From Terriglobia bacterium (lineage in GTDB: Bacteria > Acidobacteriota > Terriglobia > Acidiferrales > UBA7541): 64,000 bases of DNA. Below, one piece after another: positions 27,346-37,768 of this stretch (within the stretch, counting starts at the first letter, position 1; each line of letters starts with the position of its first letter). A program made the translations under genes and the position numbers. The DNA lies in contig OY968796.1 of assembly GCA_963695545.1 (NCBI GenBank), positions 4,064,001 to 4,128,000 of the forward strand, given 5' to 3'. The notes beneath the pieces are model-generated. The model made no database searches, was not told the origin of the DNA, and was given only the letters and a program-made list of their open reading frames with translations.

Positions 27346-30300
27346 GGCGTCCGCCGCAAATCGAGCGTCAGCGGGAACGCGGGATTGCGCTCTTCGCTTG
27401 GGATCGCAATCACTCCGGGCGTGTGCCCGATATCGCTGAATCGCGCCAGGCGCCGGCTCTCCGCCTCGAATGCGTTAACGGGAAAATGCTCGTGCGCGAG
27501 CCCGCCTGGATGCGTAACGTGATACGTGCAACCCCCGATCGAACGCCCGGACCATGTGTCCACGATATCAAACACCAATGGCGAGTGCACCGGGATGTTC
27601 GGATGCAGGCACGATGCCGGCTGCCAAGCGCGATAGCGCACGCCCGCCACGAATTCACCCTCTTCGCCCGTCGAGTGCAGCGGCACCGCGCGGCCATTGC
27701 ACAAGACCGATGAAACGCGAATCGATCATGCCCGACACTTTCACCTGCAATCGCTCGACCGACGAATCCACGTTGCGCACGGTCTGGCCGCCGGAAGCTT
27801 CTTCCCCCAGCACGTGCCACGGCTCCAGCGCGTGCCGCAACTCCAGGCGTATGCCGCGCTTGGTGACCGAACCGATCAATGGGAAATCGAAACTCGAAGT
27901 GCGGCGCGAACCATTCCTTCTGAAATGCGAATCCCGCTTCGCGCAGATCCGCGATCACATCTTCCCAATCGAGCTGGACGAAATAAGGCAGCATGAAGCG
28001 GTCGTGCAGCGTAGTTCCCCACCACACGAGTTTGCGGCGGTATGGAGTCTGCCAGAAATGCGCGATCAGCGCGCGCACCAGCAGTTGCTGCGTCAGACTC
28101 ATGCGCGCGTGCGGCGGCATCTCGAATGCCCGCAATTCCACCAGACCCAGCCGCGATTCGGCGGCGTCGGGCGGATAGAGCTTATCGATGCAGAATTCGG
28201 CGCGATGCGTGTTGCCGGATACGTCGGTAAGAAGATGCCGGAACACCCGATCGCCCTGCCATGGCAAGACACCTTGCGGAACCTGTGTCCGAAATCTGAT
28301 CGAACGCAATTTCCAGTTCGTAAATCGCATCCGTGCGCGCTTCATCCACGCGCGGATGCTGGCTGGTAGGCCCGATAAACAAGCCCGAAAACAGATACGA
28401 CAGCGACGGATGGTTGTGCCAATAACCGATCAAGCTTCGCAGCACATCGGGACGCCGCAAGAAAGTGCTGTCCGCCGGAGTCGCGCCGCCGATCACGATG
28501 TGATTGCCGCCGCCCGTGCCGGAGTGCTGGCCATCCAGCATGAATTTTTCCGTGCCCAGGCGAGTTTCGCGCGCAAGCGCGTAGATCGTCTCGGTCGTTC
28601 CGACCAGCTCGTCCCAAGATTCCGCCGGATGAATGTTCACTTCGATCACGCCTGGGTCCGGCGTAACCTTCAGCACTCGAATTCGCGGATCGTAAGGCAA
28701 GGCGTAGCCTTCGAGCATCACCGGCATATTCAGATACGCGGCCGTGTCTTCGATCGCGGCCACCAGATCGAGATAATCAGCCACATACTCCACCGGCGGC
28801 ATGAAGACGAATAGCTTTCCTTCGCGCGGCTCGAGGCACAGTGCGGGCCGCGCCACCCACGCTGCGGACTCGCCCTTCTCCGGCGGCTTCGCGCGCTCTG
28901 CTTCCGGCTGTCGATCGTCGGTCACGGCCGTCGCGGTGAAAAGTTCCGGCCTGCGCGCCGGCCGCGCGGGAAGCACGTCGCGTTTCGCAAATGGATCATG
29001 CTCGAAGGAATACAGAACATCTTCGGGCTTGGTCCAAGGAAGAGAATCGAGCGGCAAGCGGTACCCGATCGGCGAATCACCGGGAATCAGAAATATATGT
29101 TCAGACGCGAGAAACCACGGTTGGCTCGTCCAGCGCGGCCCACGTTGCTTCGTCGCGATCCGCCGCAGCGGAAGCACGTAGCCGGTCAATTTGCCCAAAC
29201 CTTTTTCGAAAATCCGCGCCACGCGTTTGCGCTCGATCGGATCTGCGAGTTTCGAATCGAGCGGATCCACATTTACGGGAAGCCGCCGCTCTTTCCACAG
29301 ATAGTAGAAACTATCTTCATACGCTTCCATCGCGGTCGCGGCATTCACTTCCAGGCGCCGCGCGAGCGCTTCGAGAAATTTCCGCGCGTCGTCGCTGGTG
29401 TAGCCGTAATCTTTGTCGTCCTCGGCGACGAGTTGCGGATTTTCCCAGATCGCCACTCCGTCCTTGCGCCAAAAACAGGAGAGCGCCCACCGCGGCAGCA
29501 GCTCGCCCGGATACCACTTGCCCTGCCCGTAATGCAGAAGCGCCCCATGGCGCGAAATGATCGCGCAATTTATTCAGTAGCTCGACCGCGAGCTGCCGTT
29601 TTCGCGGCCCCATCGCCGCTCGCGTCCACTCTTCTCCATCGGCGTCGTCGAGAGAAACGAACGTCGGCTCCCCGCCCATGGTCAGCCGAACATCTTCAGC
29701 GCGCAGCTTGCGATCCACTTCATGCCCGAGCGCCTCGATTTCTTTCCACTGCTCCTCGCTGTACGGCTTGGTCACGCGAGGCGATTCGTAAATTCGCTGA
29801 ACCGTCATCTCATGTTCAAATTCCGTGTTGCACGGATCGAGCATGCCGGTGATCGGCGCGGCGCTGCGTTGCGTCCGGCGTGCAGGCCAGCGGAATGTGC
29901 CCCTCGCCGGCAAGCAGCCCCGAAGTTGGATCGAATCCGATCCAGCCCGCGCCGGGCAAATACACTTCCGCCCATGCGTGCAAATCTGTGAAGTCGGCAG
30001 CGGGCCCGGCTGGCCCCTCGATCGGCTTCACGTCTGCCTGCAGTTGAATCAAGTAGCCGGAGACAAAACGCGCCGCGAGCCCCATGTGGCGCATGGTCTC
30101 CACCAGCAGCCACGCGGAATCGCGGCACGAGCCGGTTCGCAGCCCCAATGTTTCTTCGCACGTCTGCACGCCCGGCTCCATGCGGATCACGTAGCCGACT
30201 CCATCTTTCACGCGCTGATTGAGGCCGACGAGAAAATCGATGGTCCGAATTTTTGCGCGCGGCACTCGAGCAAGAAATTCCGTTAACTTCGGTCCCGCGG

Positions 30301-30665
30301 GCTCGGTCTCAAGATACGGCCGCAGTTCGCGCGCCAACGTCGCTTCGTAGCAAAACGGAGACTCCTCCGCGTACGGTTCCAGGAAAAAATCGAACGGGTT
30401 GAACACGCCCATTTCCGCGACCAGATCGACCTGCACGAACAATTCCGTGGTCGGCTCCGGAAACACCAGCCGCGCCAGATAATTGCTTTCCGGATCCTGC
30501 TGCCAATTGATGAAGTGTTTCGCGGGACGAACCTTCGAGCGAATACGCAAGAATCGGTGTGCGGCAGTGCGGCGCAGGACGCAGCCGTATCACCTGCGGT
30601 CCGAGCGAAACTCGGCGATCGTAGCGATAGTGCGTCTTATGCGTGAGCGCGACGTTGATGGCCAT
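27342..30665 (-). pseudogene. Transglutaminase + DUF2126 amidoligase fusion protein, about 6 frameshifts
   Basis: [105 protein letters not shown]. Confidence 0.88.
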
Positions 30666-30710
30666 AAATGATCGAGCGGACTTCGAGCCGAGTTTCGCGA
30701 AATAAAAAGT

Positions 30711-31538
30711 CTATTGCGCCGCTGCCGATTCCCCGCCGACGACTTCATCGGTTACCACCGTAAACTTTTTGAGCCAGCTCGTCCCGAACGACGTCGTGAT
30801 CGCGACGTCCGCCGCATCGCGCCCCGTGGCCATCAGCACGCGTCCGATTCTCGGCATGTTGTTGCGCGCATCGAATGTCCACCAGCGGCCGTCGAGGTAA
30901 GCTTCAAACCACGCGCTGAAATCCATCGGCCCCGCGGGCGGGATCCCGATGTCGCCCAGGTATCCGGTGGCGTAACGCGCGGGAATATTTAAGCAACGGC
31001 AAAACGTGATAGCCAGATGCTGAAAATCGCGGCACACGCCGCGGCGATCCGCGTAAAGATCCAACGCCGTCTTCGTCGGGCTGGCGAATTCATAGCCGAA
31101 CGTAATATTCGCCTGCACCCAATCGCACACCGCTTGCACGCGCGGCCAGCCGAATGGCGTGCTCCCGAATAAGAATCCGGCGGTGTCCAGCAGGCGATCC
31201 ACTTCGCAATATCGAGAGGCCAGCAGAAACCGCAGCACGTCCGACGGCAAATCCTCCACCAACGCCTGGGATGCTTCTGGGTTCACAGCATCGGGCTCAC
31301 CCGAATCTTCGATCAAGGTTGAGTGGTCGATCCGAAAGCTTCCGGCAGGCGCCACGAAACGCGTGCACACATTCCCAAAAGAATCTTCATATTCGGTGAT
31401 CGGCACGTTCGGCGTGAGCCGCACCGCGTCGGATTCCCGCAAATCCGCGCGCCGCGAAGGATGCACGTGGTACAGAGCGATCATCGCAACCGGCGCAGGA
31501 ATCTCAAACTGAATATCGAAGCCCAAACGGATCAGCAA
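30711..31538 (-). CDS. Transglutaminase family protein, intact
   Basis: FLLASRYCE, GVCRDFQHL, ARYATGYLGD, DFSAWFEAY, FDARNN, GRDAADV. Confidence 0.9.
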   Translation of the reverse strand: MLIRLGFDIQFEIPAPVAMIALYHVHPSRRADLRESDAVRLTPNVPITEYEDSFGNVCTRFVAPAGSFRIDHSTLIEDSGEPDAVNPEASQALVEDLPSDVLRFLLASRYCEVDRLLDTAGFLFGSTPFGWPRVQAVCDWVQANITFGYEFASPTKTALDLYADRRGVCRDFQHLAITFCRCLNIPARYATGYLGDIGIPPAGPMDFSAWFEAYLDGRWWTFDARNNMPRIGRVLMATGRDAADVAITTSFGTSWLKKFTVVTDEVVGGESAAAQ

Positions 31539-31754
31539 AGCGCGTCCTCACAATCCATTATGCGCGTATTTATCCTGAACTATTGATTTTGAGGCAGGAA
31601 TGCCTCGCGCCGCACTCAGAAAAGCTATCGAAGAGATTGACAATTTCGATGATAGGGACGACCAGCGTGGGTCAGGACTGCAGCGTGCCTGCGAGAGCGA
31701 GAGAATTTGGCTCTCCAGGCCACATTCCAAAAAATTTTGCCCTTTGTCCGCGGT

Positions 31755-32726
31755 TCAACCGGCGATCATCAGCGTTTCCGCAAACGGCCATTCCTTGTCC
31801 ACCCACTGCGTCTCGGCGCGAAAACCGGAACTCTCGCCCAATTGAACGATTTCTTCGACCGTGTATTTGTGAGAACTCTCTGTCCAGATCGTCTCGCCGC
31901 TGCTGAAGGCCACGGTGCAGCCCGCGCCTGGAATGGAAACTTCCTGCCCGCGCCGCGAAACCAGATGCATCTCAACGCGCCGTTCGATCTCGTCGAAGCG
32001 CGCCTCATGCCCGAATGCCCGCAAGTCAAAATCCGCTCCCAATTCGCGGTTGATTCGCGCCAGCAAATTCAAATTGAACGAAGCCGTAACGCCCAGCGAA
32101 TCGTCATAGGCGCTCAGAAGTTGCTCGACCGGTTTCACCAGATCGGCACCCAATAACAGCGCATCCCCCGGCTGCAACCTTCGCCGCACCTCGTCCAGGA
32201 ATTGCCGCGCCACGTCGCGATCGAAATTCCCGATGGTGCTGCCGAGAAACAGAATCAAGAGGCGTTCGTCTCCGCGGCGATCCGCCGCCACCGAGGCCAG
32301 TCCATCCAAATACGCCCGCTCCGCTCCAACAACGCTAACGCCGTCGAGTTGACCCAACTCTTTCACGCATTGCGAGAGGGCCGCCGGCGAAATCTCGATT
32401 GGGTGGTACGCGGTGGGCTGCTTCCGCGCCAGCGCTTTCAGAATCCAGCGCGTCTTTTTACCGCTGCCGCTGCCAAGCTCGGCGACTACCACGGGATTCG
32501 GCAGGAGCGGCCGCACCATGGCCTCGGCGTGCGTGCGCAGCAATCGCTCGTCCGCGCGCGACAATCCATATTCCGGCAGCAGTGTGATCACCTCGAACAA
32601 CGACGATCCCACCTCGTCGTAGAAATATTTCGACGGCAACTCTTTCTGCCCCGTTTTCGTGAAGCCGGCGCGCACTTCGCCCGCGAATTCCGCAATCGAG
32701 TATTGCGCAATCGTTTCCGTAAACAT
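31755..32726 (-). CDS. egtD: L-histidine N-alpha-trimethyltransferase
   Basis: KELPSKYFYD..GS.LFE.IT.LPEY, ELGSGSGKK, FLGSTIGN, AYDDSLGVTASFN, TIWTESSHKY. Confidence 0.93.
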   Translation of the reverse strand: MFTETIAQYSIAEFAGEVRAGFTKTGQKELPSKYFYDEVGSSLFEVITLLPEYGLSRADERLLRTHAEAMVRPLLPNPVVVAELGSGSGKKTRWILKALARKQPTAYHPIEISPAALSQCVKELGQLDGVSVVGAERAYLDGLASVAADRRGDERLLILFLGSTIGNFDRDVARQFLDEVRRRLQPGDALLLGADLVKPVEQLLSAYDDSLGVTASFNLNLLARINRELGADFDLRAFGHEARFDEIERRVEMHLVSRRGQEVSIPGAGCTVAFSSGETIWTESSHKYTVEEIVQLGESSGFRAETQWVDKEWPFAETLMIAG

Positions 32727-32731
32727 GGCCG

Positions 32732-34111
32732 TCACCTTGAGTTGGGATTCGCGCGCGATTCGTGTGCGACGCACCGAAAACCGGCATAAACGAACGGATA
32801 GTGCGGTTGGAACCAATTGCGAAAAGATCGCCGTAGCAAACACGCCGCTGTCCGAGCCGACGCGCCCTTCATCACGTAATGCTGCCCATCGAAGAAATTC
32901 GCGGAATATCCGGGATAGAACGTGAACGGCTCAAATCCGGGGAACGGCGCGAAAATCGTGCGCGTCCACTCCCATCCGTTGCCGAGCATGTCTTCCACGC
33001 CGAATGCGCTCGCGCCCGCCGGAAACGACCCAACCGGTGTCGGGTCCCATCGCGCAAAATCGAAGTTGCCGCGATCGGCCGCAGGCGTTTCGTCGCCCCA
33101 CGGAAACGCGCGCTCGGTTCCGTTTGGAGTCCCATACGCCGCGCGATGCCACTCCGCCTCGCTCGGCAATTCTTTCCCTGCCCAGCGCGCGTACGCCCGC
33201 GCTTCCGCGTGGCTCGCGTACACCGGCCAATCGAGCGGCAGCGGAATCTCATCGAACATCGTGCGCAGAAAAATTCGTCCGTCGCGAAGTTCCCAAAACG
33301 CGGGCCGCGATGTGCCGGTCGATTGCATCCACTCCCAATCCGCATCTTCCCAAAACGATCGCTCCTGGTAACCACCGCTCGAAACGAATTTCAGGAACTC
33401 CCCGTTCGTCACCTTCCGCGCGTCGATCCGAAATTCCGGCACGTCCACACGATGCTCCTCAAATTCGTTATCCCAGCCGAACGCTTCTCGATCGTCTCGC
33501 CGCAATCCCAACGTCGCGGCGCCCGCGGGAATTCGCACCATGCGCGGCGTTAGTTGCGCCGCCGCCGGCGTGGGCGCATCGACGCGCGAGAATTTCCGCT
33601 CGGGCGCCAATCGGTGCAGCATATAAGCCAGCGTTTCGGCGTGCATCAACCGATGCTCGATAGCCACGTTGACCAATCGCGCCGTCTCGCCCGCGCGCGC
33701 CGCGCCGGGATCGAGTGCCGTAGCCAATCGCTCATCGAGAGCACTTCGCAGCCGCTGGTTGTACGCGTCGACCTGCTCGCGCTCCGGCCAGTCCTCCGGA
33801 GCGTCCGTCGGCAGCCCTCCGCCCACCGGATCGATGCCGAACGCGAACAGCTGATCGAACCCAGCGTCGAAAGCCGGCAGCTCGAAGTGCCCGCGCCCCA
33901 GCAGGTTCCAGTCGAATGCCTCCACGTGGCCTACGTAAAATATGATGCGGTGCCGCTCGGCAATCGGGCGGTCGTAAAGCGCCTCGGGCCGCACGATCCC
34001 GAATAGCTCGTCGGTCCGAGCACGCGCCTCCGCCAGCCTCTGCAATAGGAGCGCCTCGCGAGGAGGCCGTTGCTGAGACGGGTTGCGTGCTGTGGCTACC
34101 GAGCTTCCCAT
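32732..34111 (-). CDS. egtB: Ergothioneine sulfoxide synthase (DinB_2 + FGE-sulfatase, non-heme Fe)
   Basis: RHRIIFYVGH...EHRLMHAETL (three-His site), FGWDNE, LPSEAEW, GNGWEWT, FRNWFQP..GFRC; adjacent to egtD. Confidence 0.85.
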   Translation of the reverse strand: MGSSVATARNPSQQRPPREALLLQRLAEARARTDELFGIVRPEALYDRPIAERHRIIFYVGHVEAFDWNLLGRGHFELPAFDAGFDQLFAFGIDPVGGGLPTDAPEDWPEREQVDAYNQRLRSALDERLATALDPGAARAGETARLVNVAIEHRLMHAETLAYMLHRLAPERKFSRVDAPTPAAAQLTPRMVRIPAGAATLGLRRDDREAFGWDNEFEEHRVDVPEFRIDARKVTNGEFLKFVSSGGYQERSFWEDADWEWMQSTGTSRPAFWELRDGRIFLRTMFDEIPLPLDWPVYASHAEARAYARWAGKELPSEAEWHRAAYGTPNGTERAFPWGDETPAADRGNFDFARWDPTPVGSFPAGASAFGVEDMLGNGWEWTRTIFAPFPGFEPFTFYPGYSANFFDGQHYVMKGASARTAACLLRRSFRNWFQPHYPFVYAGFRCVAHESRANPNSR

Positions 34112-34374
34112 GTCACTCTCCCGTCGATTGGATGCCGCCGATCAGGTTTCGGCTCAGGGTGGGGTGCTACCGATATTTGATATCGGGCCTTTCTATTTAG
34201 TCGCTTTCCTTCGCGGAGTCAACCTGGCGCCCCTCGATCGGCGTCCCGCGCCCGCGAGCCCTAAGCGCCCCCGAAAGCCGTCCGCCCAGCCCGCAGCGAG
34301 CTGCCCAGTTGTATCCAAACCCCGACAGCCATACTCTAATAGTGTCCAGCTGTAGCACCCGTTTGGGAGGCCCC

Positions 34375-36099
34375 ATGTCAGCTATGCCAGTTCCCGTGCC
34401 CAGCGCGCTTGACGCCCGCACGCAAGCCTTCCCCATCCTCACGCCCGCGCAGATCGCGCGCATCCGCCCCAGCGGCAAGGTCCGGCCCGTCGCGAAGGGC
34501 GAGATTCTGTTCGAGCCCGGCGACCAGAACCTCCCGTTTTTTGTCTTGCTCTCCGGCGCCATGGAAATTGTGCAGCCGGATTTCGCTGGTGAACGCCCCG
34601 TCGCCACGCACGTCCCCGGCGAATTCACCGGTGAGATGAGCATGATCTCCGGTCACCGTTGCCTGGTGCGCGGCCGCGTCACCGAGCCCGGCGAATTTCT
34701 CGAAGTTGACGGCGATGGCCTGCGCGCCATCATCGCCAAGGACGCCGATCTCAGCGAAATTTTCATGCGCGCGTTCATCCTCCGTCGTTTGCTGCTCATC
34801 AGCTCCGGCCTGGGCAACGTCATCCTCATGGGTTCGCGCCATTCGGCCAGCACGCTGTACCTCCGTGAGTTTCTTACGCGCAACGGATATCCGTTCAACT
34901 ACGTTGATCTCGACACAGACAAGACTTCGCAGGAACTCCTCGACCGCTTTCACGTCACGATCGACGAAATTCCCGTGGTCGTTTGCACCCACACGCAGAC
35001 CGTCATGCGCAATCCCACCATCGAAAAATTGGCCGATGGTCTTGGATTCAACCCCGAGGTCGACGAAACGCAAGTCCGCGATCTAATCATCGTCGGCGCG
35101 GGACCCGCGGGTCTGGCCGCCGCCGTGTACGCCGCCTCCGAAGGTCTCGATGTGCTGGTGATCGAATCCGCCTCGCCGGGAGGCCAAGCCGCTTCAAGCT
35201 CCAAGATTGAAAATTATTTGGGCTTCCCGATGGGCCTCTCCGGCCAGGAATTAGCCGCCCGCGCCATCGCGCAAACCGAAAAGTTCGGCGCCAAGATGAT
35301 GGTCGCCAACGGCGTCGCGAAACTCGATTGCTCGCGCCATCCTTACAAAGTTGTGCTCGACAACGGCACGCGTCTCGGCGCGCGCGCCGTGGTCATCGCC
35401 ACCGGCGCGCAATATAACAAGCCCCACATCCCCAATCTCTTGCAGTTCGAGGGCCAGGGCGTCTACTACGGCGCCACGCACATGGAATCGCAGCTTTGCG
35501 AAGACGAAGACCTCATCGTCGTGGGCGGTGCGAACTCCGCCGGCCAAGCCGCCGTGTTCCTCGCGCAAAACGCCGGCAAAGTGCACATGCTCGTGCGCTC
35601 CGGCGCTCTTTCCGACACCATGTCGCGCTACTTGATTCAGCGCATCGAGCAGAATCCAAACATCGAGGTGCATTACCACACGGAAATTGTCGCTCTCGAA
35701 GGCGATAAGCATCTCGAGCGCGTCACCTGGAAGGACAAAATCACCGGCGAGACTTCTGTGCACGACATTCGACACGTCTTCATCATGGCCGGCGCATCGC
35801 CGCGCACCGAATGGCTCCGAGGCTGCGTCGCGCTTGACGACAAAGGTTTCATCCTCACCGGCCGCGAGACGAATTTGGCGGACGGAAACCCGGCGCCCTC
35901 CGCGCCGGGCGCGACCCCTGACGAGAACGCCCAGCCCAAGTGGCCGCTCCCGCGTTTCCCGCTCATGCTCGAAACCAGCCTGCCCGGCGTCTTCGCCGTC
36001 GGCGACGTCCGCGCCGGCAACGTCAAGCGCGTCGCCTCGGCCGTCGGCGAGGGCGCCATCGCCGTGCACCTGGTTCACCGCGTCTTGGCTGAAGTGTAA
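34375..36099 (+). CDS. cNMP-binding domain / thioredoxin-reductase-like FAD oxidoreductase fusion
   Basis: GEILFEPGD..GEFTGE (cNMP-like); IVGAGPAGL, SSKIENYLGFP, VVGGANSAGQAA, FAVGDVR..KRVASAVGEG. Confidence 0.9.
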   Translation: MSAMPVPVPSALDARTQAFPILTPAQIARIRPSGKVRPVAKGEILFEPGDQNLPFFVLLSGAMEIVQPDFAGERPVATHVPGEFTGEMSMISGHRCLVRGRVTEPGEFLEVDGDGLRAIIAKDADLSEIFMRAFILRRLLLISSGLGNVILMGSRHSASTLYLREFLTRNGYPFNYVDLDTDKTSQELLDRFHVTIDEIPVVVCTHTQTVMRNPTIEKLADGLGFNPEVDETQVRDLIIVGAGPAGLAAAVYAASEGLDVLVIESASPGGQAASSSKIENYLGFPMGLSGQELAARAIAQTEKFGAKMMVANGVAKLDCSRHPYKVVLDNGTRLGARAVVIATGAQYNKPHIPNLLQFEGQGVYYGATHMESQLCEDEDLIVVGGANSAGQAAVFLAQNAGKVHMLVRSGALSDTMSRYLIQRIEQNPNIEVHYHTEIVALEGDKHLERVTWKDKITGETSVHDIRHVFIMAGASPRTEWLRGCVALDDKGFILTGRETNLADGNPAPSAPGATPDENAQPKWPLPRFPLMLETSLPGVFAVGDVRAGNVKRVASAVGEGAIAVHLVHRVLAEV

Positions 36100-36131
36100 T
36101 CCGCGCGCACAAAAATTCAGGAGGCCACAAA

Positions 36132-36401
36132 ATGCCGGCATGTACGCACTTGAACGAAATCAAGAAGGGCCTTAAACCCAAAACCCACGTCTGCGAAGCG
36201 TGCGTCAAAATGGGCGACACCTGGGTTCATCTGCGCATGTGCGAAATCTGCGGCAACGTCGCTTGCTGCGATTCCTCCAAAAATAAACACGCCACCAAAC
36301 ATTTCCACGCCTCCAAGCACCCTATCATGCGATCCATCGAGCCCGGCGAAGATTGGGGCTGGTGCTTCATCGACGAAGTCGAACTCGACGTCGCATGGTA
36401 G
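36132..36401 (+). CDS. UBP-type zinc finger protein
   Basis: CTH..CEAC..WVHLRMCEICG.VACCDSS.NKHATKH..HP..RSIEPGEDW. Confidence 0.92.
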   Translation: MPACTHLNEIKKGLKPKTHVCEACVKMGDTWVHLRMCEICGNVACCDSSKNKHATKHFHASKHPIMRSIEPGEDWGWCFIDEVELDVAW

Positions 36402-36508
36402 GTTTGAATAGCTTACGGTCGGTCAACGCTGAGCCGCGCCATCATCGCTGATCCGCGCGGCGGTTTTTGCGTGCGGAGTCTTTGCCTTACTTCCCGCGAT
36501 TCGTCACC

Positions 36509-37564
36509 TCACCCGCTCAATTCGAGATCGTCAAATCCTCTCCACCTATAAACTGCAATCGACACAATCCAGCTCAACGCGAATAGCCCCACGATAAAAT
36601 ACCCCAGCGTGCCAAAGTTATCGTTCAGCCGGCCGACCTCGTACCAGAATCTCCCTCGGAAATGAAAGTGCCCTGCGATCAATCCGAGAGCCTCGACCCC
36701 GCCGACCACCAAGGCCACGATCACGGAAATGCACGTGATGGTCATGTTGTAGTAAAGCTTCCGTATCGGCTTCACGAACGCCCACCCGTATGCGCCCAAC
36801 ATCAGTATGTTGTCCGTCGAATCGATCAGCGACATTCCCGCCGCAAACAGTATCGGAAACACTAGAATCGATCGCAGTGACAGTCCCTTCGCCGCTTCCG
36901 CCGCGGAAATTCCCAGCACGCCGATCTCCGTAGCCGTATCGAATCCCAGGCCGAATAAAACTCCGAGCGGATACATATGCCAGCTGCTGTTGATCATCCC
37001 AAATAGCGGCCTGAAGATTCGCGCCAGCAGTCCTCGATTCCCCAAAAGCAAATCGAAATCTTCCTCCACGTAAGGCTCGCCTCGCCGCACCCTGATGAAC
37101 GCCCCAACGATCGCGCGCAGAATCACCAGATTCACAATCGCGATCGCAAACAGGAAAAGCGCCGAGACCACCGTCCCGACGATCCCTCCGATATTCCGCA
37201 CCGCATCCATGCGGTGTTGCAACCAAAGAGCCGCCCCCGCAATCGCCGCCGCGCCGAGCACCACGATGGTCGAGTGCCCCAGCGAGAACATGAATCCCAC
37301 CGCCACCGGCCGCTTGCCGTCTTGCATCAGCTTGCGCGTCACGTTATCGATCGCGGCGATATGATCCGCGTCGACCGCGTGCCGCAGCCCAAAGCTGTAC
37401 GCCAGAAGGGCCGTTCCCAGCAGCACAGGGTAGTGGTGCAGCGCGACTCCCGCCCAAACCCACGCCCCCACATTGAACGCCAACAAGATCCCGTATATGC
37501 CTATCACCTTGCCGCGCAAATTGTCGGGCGCGTCGTTGAAAAGAGTTTTTAGTTTAAATCGCAT
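36509..37564 (-). CDS. HoxN/HupN/NixA high-affinity Ni/Co permease
   Basis: GLRHAVDADHIAAIDN signature, FSLGHSTIV, LGFDTATE; multiple TM helices. Confidence 0.95.
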   Translation of the reverse strand: MRFKLKTLFNDAPDNLRGKVIGIYGILLAFNVGAWVWAGVALHHYPVLLGTALLAYSFGLRHAVDADHIAAIDNVTRKLMQDGKRPVAVGFMFSLGHSTIVVLGAAAIAGAALWLQHRMDAVRNIGGIVGTVVSALFLFAIAIVNLVILRAIVGAFIRVRRGEPYVEEDFDLLLGNRGLLARIFRPLFGMINSSWHMYPLGVLFGLGFDTATEIGVLGISAAEAAKGLSLRSILVFPILFAAGMSLIDSTDNILMLGAYGWAFVKPIRKLYYNMTITCISVIVALVVGGVEALGLIAGHFHFRGRFWYEVGRLNDNFGTLGYFIVGLFALSWIVSIAVYRWRGFDDLELSG

Positions 37565-37665
37565 CGCGCGCTCACTCCGCCCAGCTCCGGGTGTTGCAAC
37601 AATTTATCGCATGGCGCAGGTCGTGGATAGTCGTAACAATTCGTGCCTGCCCACGGCGGCCTGCG

Positions 37666-37694
37666 TTGACTTGCCCCGGCCCGCCACCTAGAAT
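37666..37694 (+). promoter_or_regulatory. sigma70 promoter of the SDR-lyase operon
   Basis: TTGACT, 17 bp, TAGAAT. Confidence 0.7.
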
Positions 37695-37768
37695 CGCCCT
37701 TCCGCGCCGAGCGCCTGGCTTTGCCGATTTCCTCGGAGCGCGGTGTTTAATCGACCGGACAAATCCCC

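Noticed and set aside
23842..30665. Programmed ribosomal frameshifting as the explanation for the split ORFs
   Set aside because: Too many shifts, in both directions, without evident slippery-site or stimulator patterns.
34115..34170. TPP-riboswitch-like words (CTGAG, AACCTGATC) upstream of egtB
   Set aside because: Order, spacing and helices do not fit the TPP aptamer, and the gene context is unrelated.
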